Positions 61,568 through 64,000 of a stretch of DNA of 64,000 nucleotides are shown here, piece after piece. The notes under the pieces were generated by a model. The model was not told where the DNA came from, ran no database searches, and saw nothing but the letters and a program-made list of their open reading frames with translations. A program made the position numbers and the translations under genes. Every line of letters begins with the position of its first letter. The first letter of the stretch is position 1. Source of the DNA: an uncultured Conexibacter sp. (GTDB lineage: Bacteria > Actinomycetota > Thermoleophilia > Solirubrobacterales > 70-9); NCBI GenBank assembly GCA_964497825.1, contig CAZCFA010000002.1:7510-71509 (forward strand). The letters are read 5' to 3'.

Positions 61568-62395
61568 ATGGGACTTCTCGACGGCAAGGCAGCGATCATC
61601 ACGGGCTCGGCCCGCGGCATCGGCAGGGCGACGGCGGAGCTGTTCGTCGCCGAGGGCGCCAGGGTCCTGATCAACGACATCGACGGCGACGTCGCCGAGC
61701 AGGCGGCGAACGAGATCGACGGCGAGACCGCGGTCTTCAGCGGCGACCTGACCGCGCCGGGCGCCTGCGACGACCTCGTCAAGGCGGGCGTCGATGCGTT
61801 CGGCGCGATCGACTGCGTCGTCAACAACGCCGGCTACACCTGGGACGGCGTCGTCCACCGGATGAGCGACGAGCAGTTCCAGGCGATGCTCGAGATCCAC
61901 ACCGTGGTGCCGTTCCGGGTGATCCGAGCGCTCGCTCCGCACTGGCGCGAGGCGGCGAAGGCGGAGCAGGCCGAGGGCCGCGAGGTGTTCCGCAAGATCG
62001 TCAACATCTCCTCGGTCTCGGGCACGATGGGCAACGCGGGCCAGGCCAACTACTCGGCCGCGAAGGCGGGCGTGACCGGGCTGACGAAGACGATCGCTAA
62101 GGAGTGGGGCCAGTTCAAGGTCAACTGCAACGCGATCGCCTTCGGCTTCGTCGAGACCCGCCTGACCGCGGCCAAGGAGCAGTCGGGCGAGATCGAGCGC
62201 GGCGGCGAGAAGATCGAGCTCGGCATCCCCGAGCAGATGCGGTCGATGGCCTCGATGATGATCCCGCTCGGTCGCCCGGCTCAGCCCGAGGAGGCGGCGG
62301 GCCCGGTGCTGCTGCTGTGCTCCGAGTACGCCAACTACGTGCACGGCCAGGTGATCAACGTCACCGGCGGCCAGTTCACGGGGATGTACTCGTAG
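61568..62395 (+). CDS. short-chain dehydrogenase/reductase (3-oxoacyl-reductase-like)
   Basis: ATG 61568 inside track ORF 61553..62395. AIITGSARGIGRA, NNAG, YSAAKAG catalytic YxxxK. Confidence 0.92.
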   Translation: MGLLDGKAAIITGSARGIGRATAELFVAEGARVLINDIDGDVAEQAANEIDGETAVFSGDLTAPGACDDLVKAGVDAFGAIDCVVNNAGYTWDGVVHRMSDEQFQAMLEIHTVVPFRVIRALAPHWREAAKAEQAEGREVFRKIVNISSVSGTMGNAGQANYSAAKAGVTGLTKTIAKEWGQFKVNCNAIAFGFVETRLTAAKEQSGEIERGGEKIELGIPEQMRSMASMMIPLGRPAQPEEAAGPVLLLCSEYANYVHGQVINVTGGQFTGMYS

Positions 62396-63989
62396 GCTGC
62401 GGCTCCGTAGGCCGCGGCTCGGCATCCGCGATCTCGGGAGCCATGCCGCCCGGCATCCCGAACCAGGCGACGACCGCGGCCAGCGCCATCGCGCCCGCCA
62501 TCACGTAGAACGTCGTCTGCGTCGACAGCGCGAAGGCGTCCTGGACCGCCTGCAGCTGCGCGGCGGTGGCGTGGCCCGAGCCGCCGCCACCGCCCCCGGA
62601 GGCGGCTTGGCTGACCGAGTCGGCGACCCCCTTGGCGACGCTCTCGGGGAGCCGATCGGAGCCCTTCAGCGAGGTCAGCTTGTCGACGATGTTGGTCTTG
62701 TTCTCGGCGATCAGGATCGTCCCGAGGACGGCGAGGCCGATGCTGGCGCCGAGGTTGCGGGCCGTCTGGGTGATCCCGGTCGCCTCGCCGTAGCTCGTCC
62801 TCGGCACGCGGTTGAGCGCGTCGGTGCTGACCGGCCCGAGGATCATCCCGGTGCCGACGCCGGCGAGCACGACGCGCCACCAGCCGCCGCCGTCGCTGTA
62901 GCCGATGTCGGGCATCGTCCGCGCCCACAGGTAGAAGCCGACCGCGGCGATCACGCAGCCCGGCACCACGGCGCGCTTCGCCCCCTGCCTGTCGAGGATC
63001 GCGCCGCCGCGCTGGGCGGAGACCACGAAGCCGAGGAAGAACATGCCGATGTAGAGGCCCGCCTGGGAGGCGTCGTCACCGAGCGCGATCTGCGAGTAGA
63101 GGCTCGCGAACAGGAACATCGGCACGAACGCGATCGAGATCAGGAACAGGATCGCGTTGTCGACCGCGAAGGCGCGGTCGCCGAAGAAGCGCATCTGCAT
63201 CAGCGGGTGCTCGGTGCCGATCTCGGCACGGACGAACGCGACCAGCAGCAGGGCGCCGACGACGATCGCGGCGACCGTCCAGGCGCTGGCCCAGCCCCAG
63301 GTGCTCGACTGCTGCAGGCCGAGCACGAGCAGCGCCATGCCGCCCGCGAACAGGACGAGGCCGCGGTAGTCGATCGGCGCCGGCCGCCGGGTGTCGTCGG
63401 GCCGCGCGCGCAGGGTCAGGATCACCGCGACGATCGCGATCGGAACGTTGATCCAGAAGATCGCTCGCCAGGAGACCTCGATCAGGTAGCCGCCGGCGAT
63501 CGGGCCGAGCGCGGTCATCCCTCCGGCGACGCCGAAGAAGATCGCCAGCGCCCGGCCGCGCTCGGACTGCGGAAAGGCGGAGACGACGATCGCCAGGGCG
63601 GCCGGGAACATGATCGCCGCGCCCGCCCCCTGAACGACGCGGAACGCGATCAACCAGGCCTCGCCGAGCGAGCCGCTCGGCGCGGCGCCGCAGAGCGCCG
63701 AGGCGCCGGCGAAGATCGCGATCCCGACCAGCACCATGCGGCGGTGGCCGGCGATGTCGGCGATGCGGCCGCCGAACGCGAACATCGCCGCCAGCGCCAG
63801 CATGTAGCCGTTGACGATCCACTGTGCCCCGGTCGGGCTCAGGTCGATGTCGTCCTCGATCGTCGGGATCGAGATCGAGACGATCGTCTGGTCGATGAAC
63901 GTCATCGCGACCGCGAAGATCATCGCCACCAGGGCCAGCTTCTTGTGATTGCCGTCGTTGATCGGGGTCCTCCTGTGGGTCTCGGCCAT
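62376..63989 (-). CDS. MFS transporter, DHA2 (14-TMS, EmrB/QacA-like)
   Basis: Track ORF. FIDQTIVSISIPTI, GGRIADIAGHRRM (motif A-like), 14 hydrophobic segments. Its 3' end overlaps the convergent SDR gene by 20 nt. Confidence 0.9.
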   Translation of the reverse strand: MAETHRRTPINDGNHKKLALVAMIFAVAMTFIDQTIVSISIPTIEDDIDLSPTGAQWIVNGYMLALAAMFAFGGRIADIAGHRRMVLVGIAIFAGASALCGAAPSGSLGEAWLIAFRVVQGAGAAIMFPAALAIVVSAFPQSERGRALAIFFGVAGGMTALGPIAGGYLIEVSWRAIFWINVPIAIVAVILTLRARPDDTRRPAPIDYRGLVLFAGGMALLVLGLQQSSTWGWASAWTVAAIVVGALLLVAFVRAEIGTEHPLMQMRFFGDRAFAVDNAILFLISIAFVPMFLFASLYSQIALGDDASQAGLYIGMFFLGFVVSAQRGGAILDRQGAKRAVVPGCVIAAVGFYLWARTMPDIGYSDGGGWWRVVLAGVGTGMILGPVSTDALNRVPRTSYGEATGITQTARNLGASIGLAVLGTILIAENKTNIVDKLTSLKGSDRLPESVAKGVADSVSQAASGGGGGGSGHATAAQLQAVQDAFALSTQTTFYVMAGAMALAAVVAWFGMPGGMAPEIADAEPRPTEPQPTSTSP

Positions 63990-64000
63990 CGGTTGATTCG

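Overview
Very GC-rich (roughly 70+ % by eye) actinobacterial-type chromosomal segment. It is gene-dense, with about 65 protein genes, many GTG/TTG starts and many 4-nt GTGA/ATGA stop-start overlaps. Content is mainly core metabolism and envelope functions. Left to right: def-hutU-hutH; a coiled-coil protein; a MoxR ATPase + VWA pair; a TPP-riboswitch-controlled ThiXYZ-type ABC importer; an AlkA-like glycosylase; an SPT-like alpha-oxoamine synthase; an mIHF-like protein. Then a minus-strand block yrbE-yrbE-mkl / MMPL / thioredoxin-fold / B3-4; a lipoprotein plus two PQQ-type sugar dehydrogenases; a ferritin-like protein; a SAM-riboswitch-controlled metH; a GT4::flippase-like fusion with a large membrane protein. 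Next comes a redox/Fe-S cluster (FprA, BolA, Grx4, A-type carrier, Grx-like) interrupted by a PAS-GAF-PAS-GGDEF-EAL gene. The right part holds DegV, a DUF4235/holin-like/DUF3618 trio, TetR + nitrilase, a MerR/BKACE/enoyl-CoA hydratase operon, a second MMPL, a degenerate-GGDEF HD-GYP protein, a P450, two acyl-CoA dehydrogenases, a NarL-type regulator + sensor-less hybrid kinase, MscL, GNAT, SDR and an MFS pump. I recognised no rRNA, tRNA, cas, transposase, integrase or phage structural genes. The long intergenic spacers (10.2, 25.6, 40.9, 56.4, 60.4 kb) are filled with local families of GC-rich hairpin and tandem repeats. I did not find a convincing discrete novel multi-gene system. The best leads are: (1) a palindromic repeat element that splits a cupin gene remnant and recurs inverted 15 kb away; (2) an Mce-type permease/ATPase module with no MCE-domain genes, sitting next to an MMPL operon; (3) an AT-rich operator-like motif shared by three promoter regions of lipid-metabolism or regulatory genes; (4) structured repeat clusters at 40.9 and 60.4 kb; (5) an orphan minus-strand terminator hairpin at 56.6 kb. 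All coordinates were derived by hand from the sequence and ORF track. Product calls rest on motif recognition from memory, not on searches.
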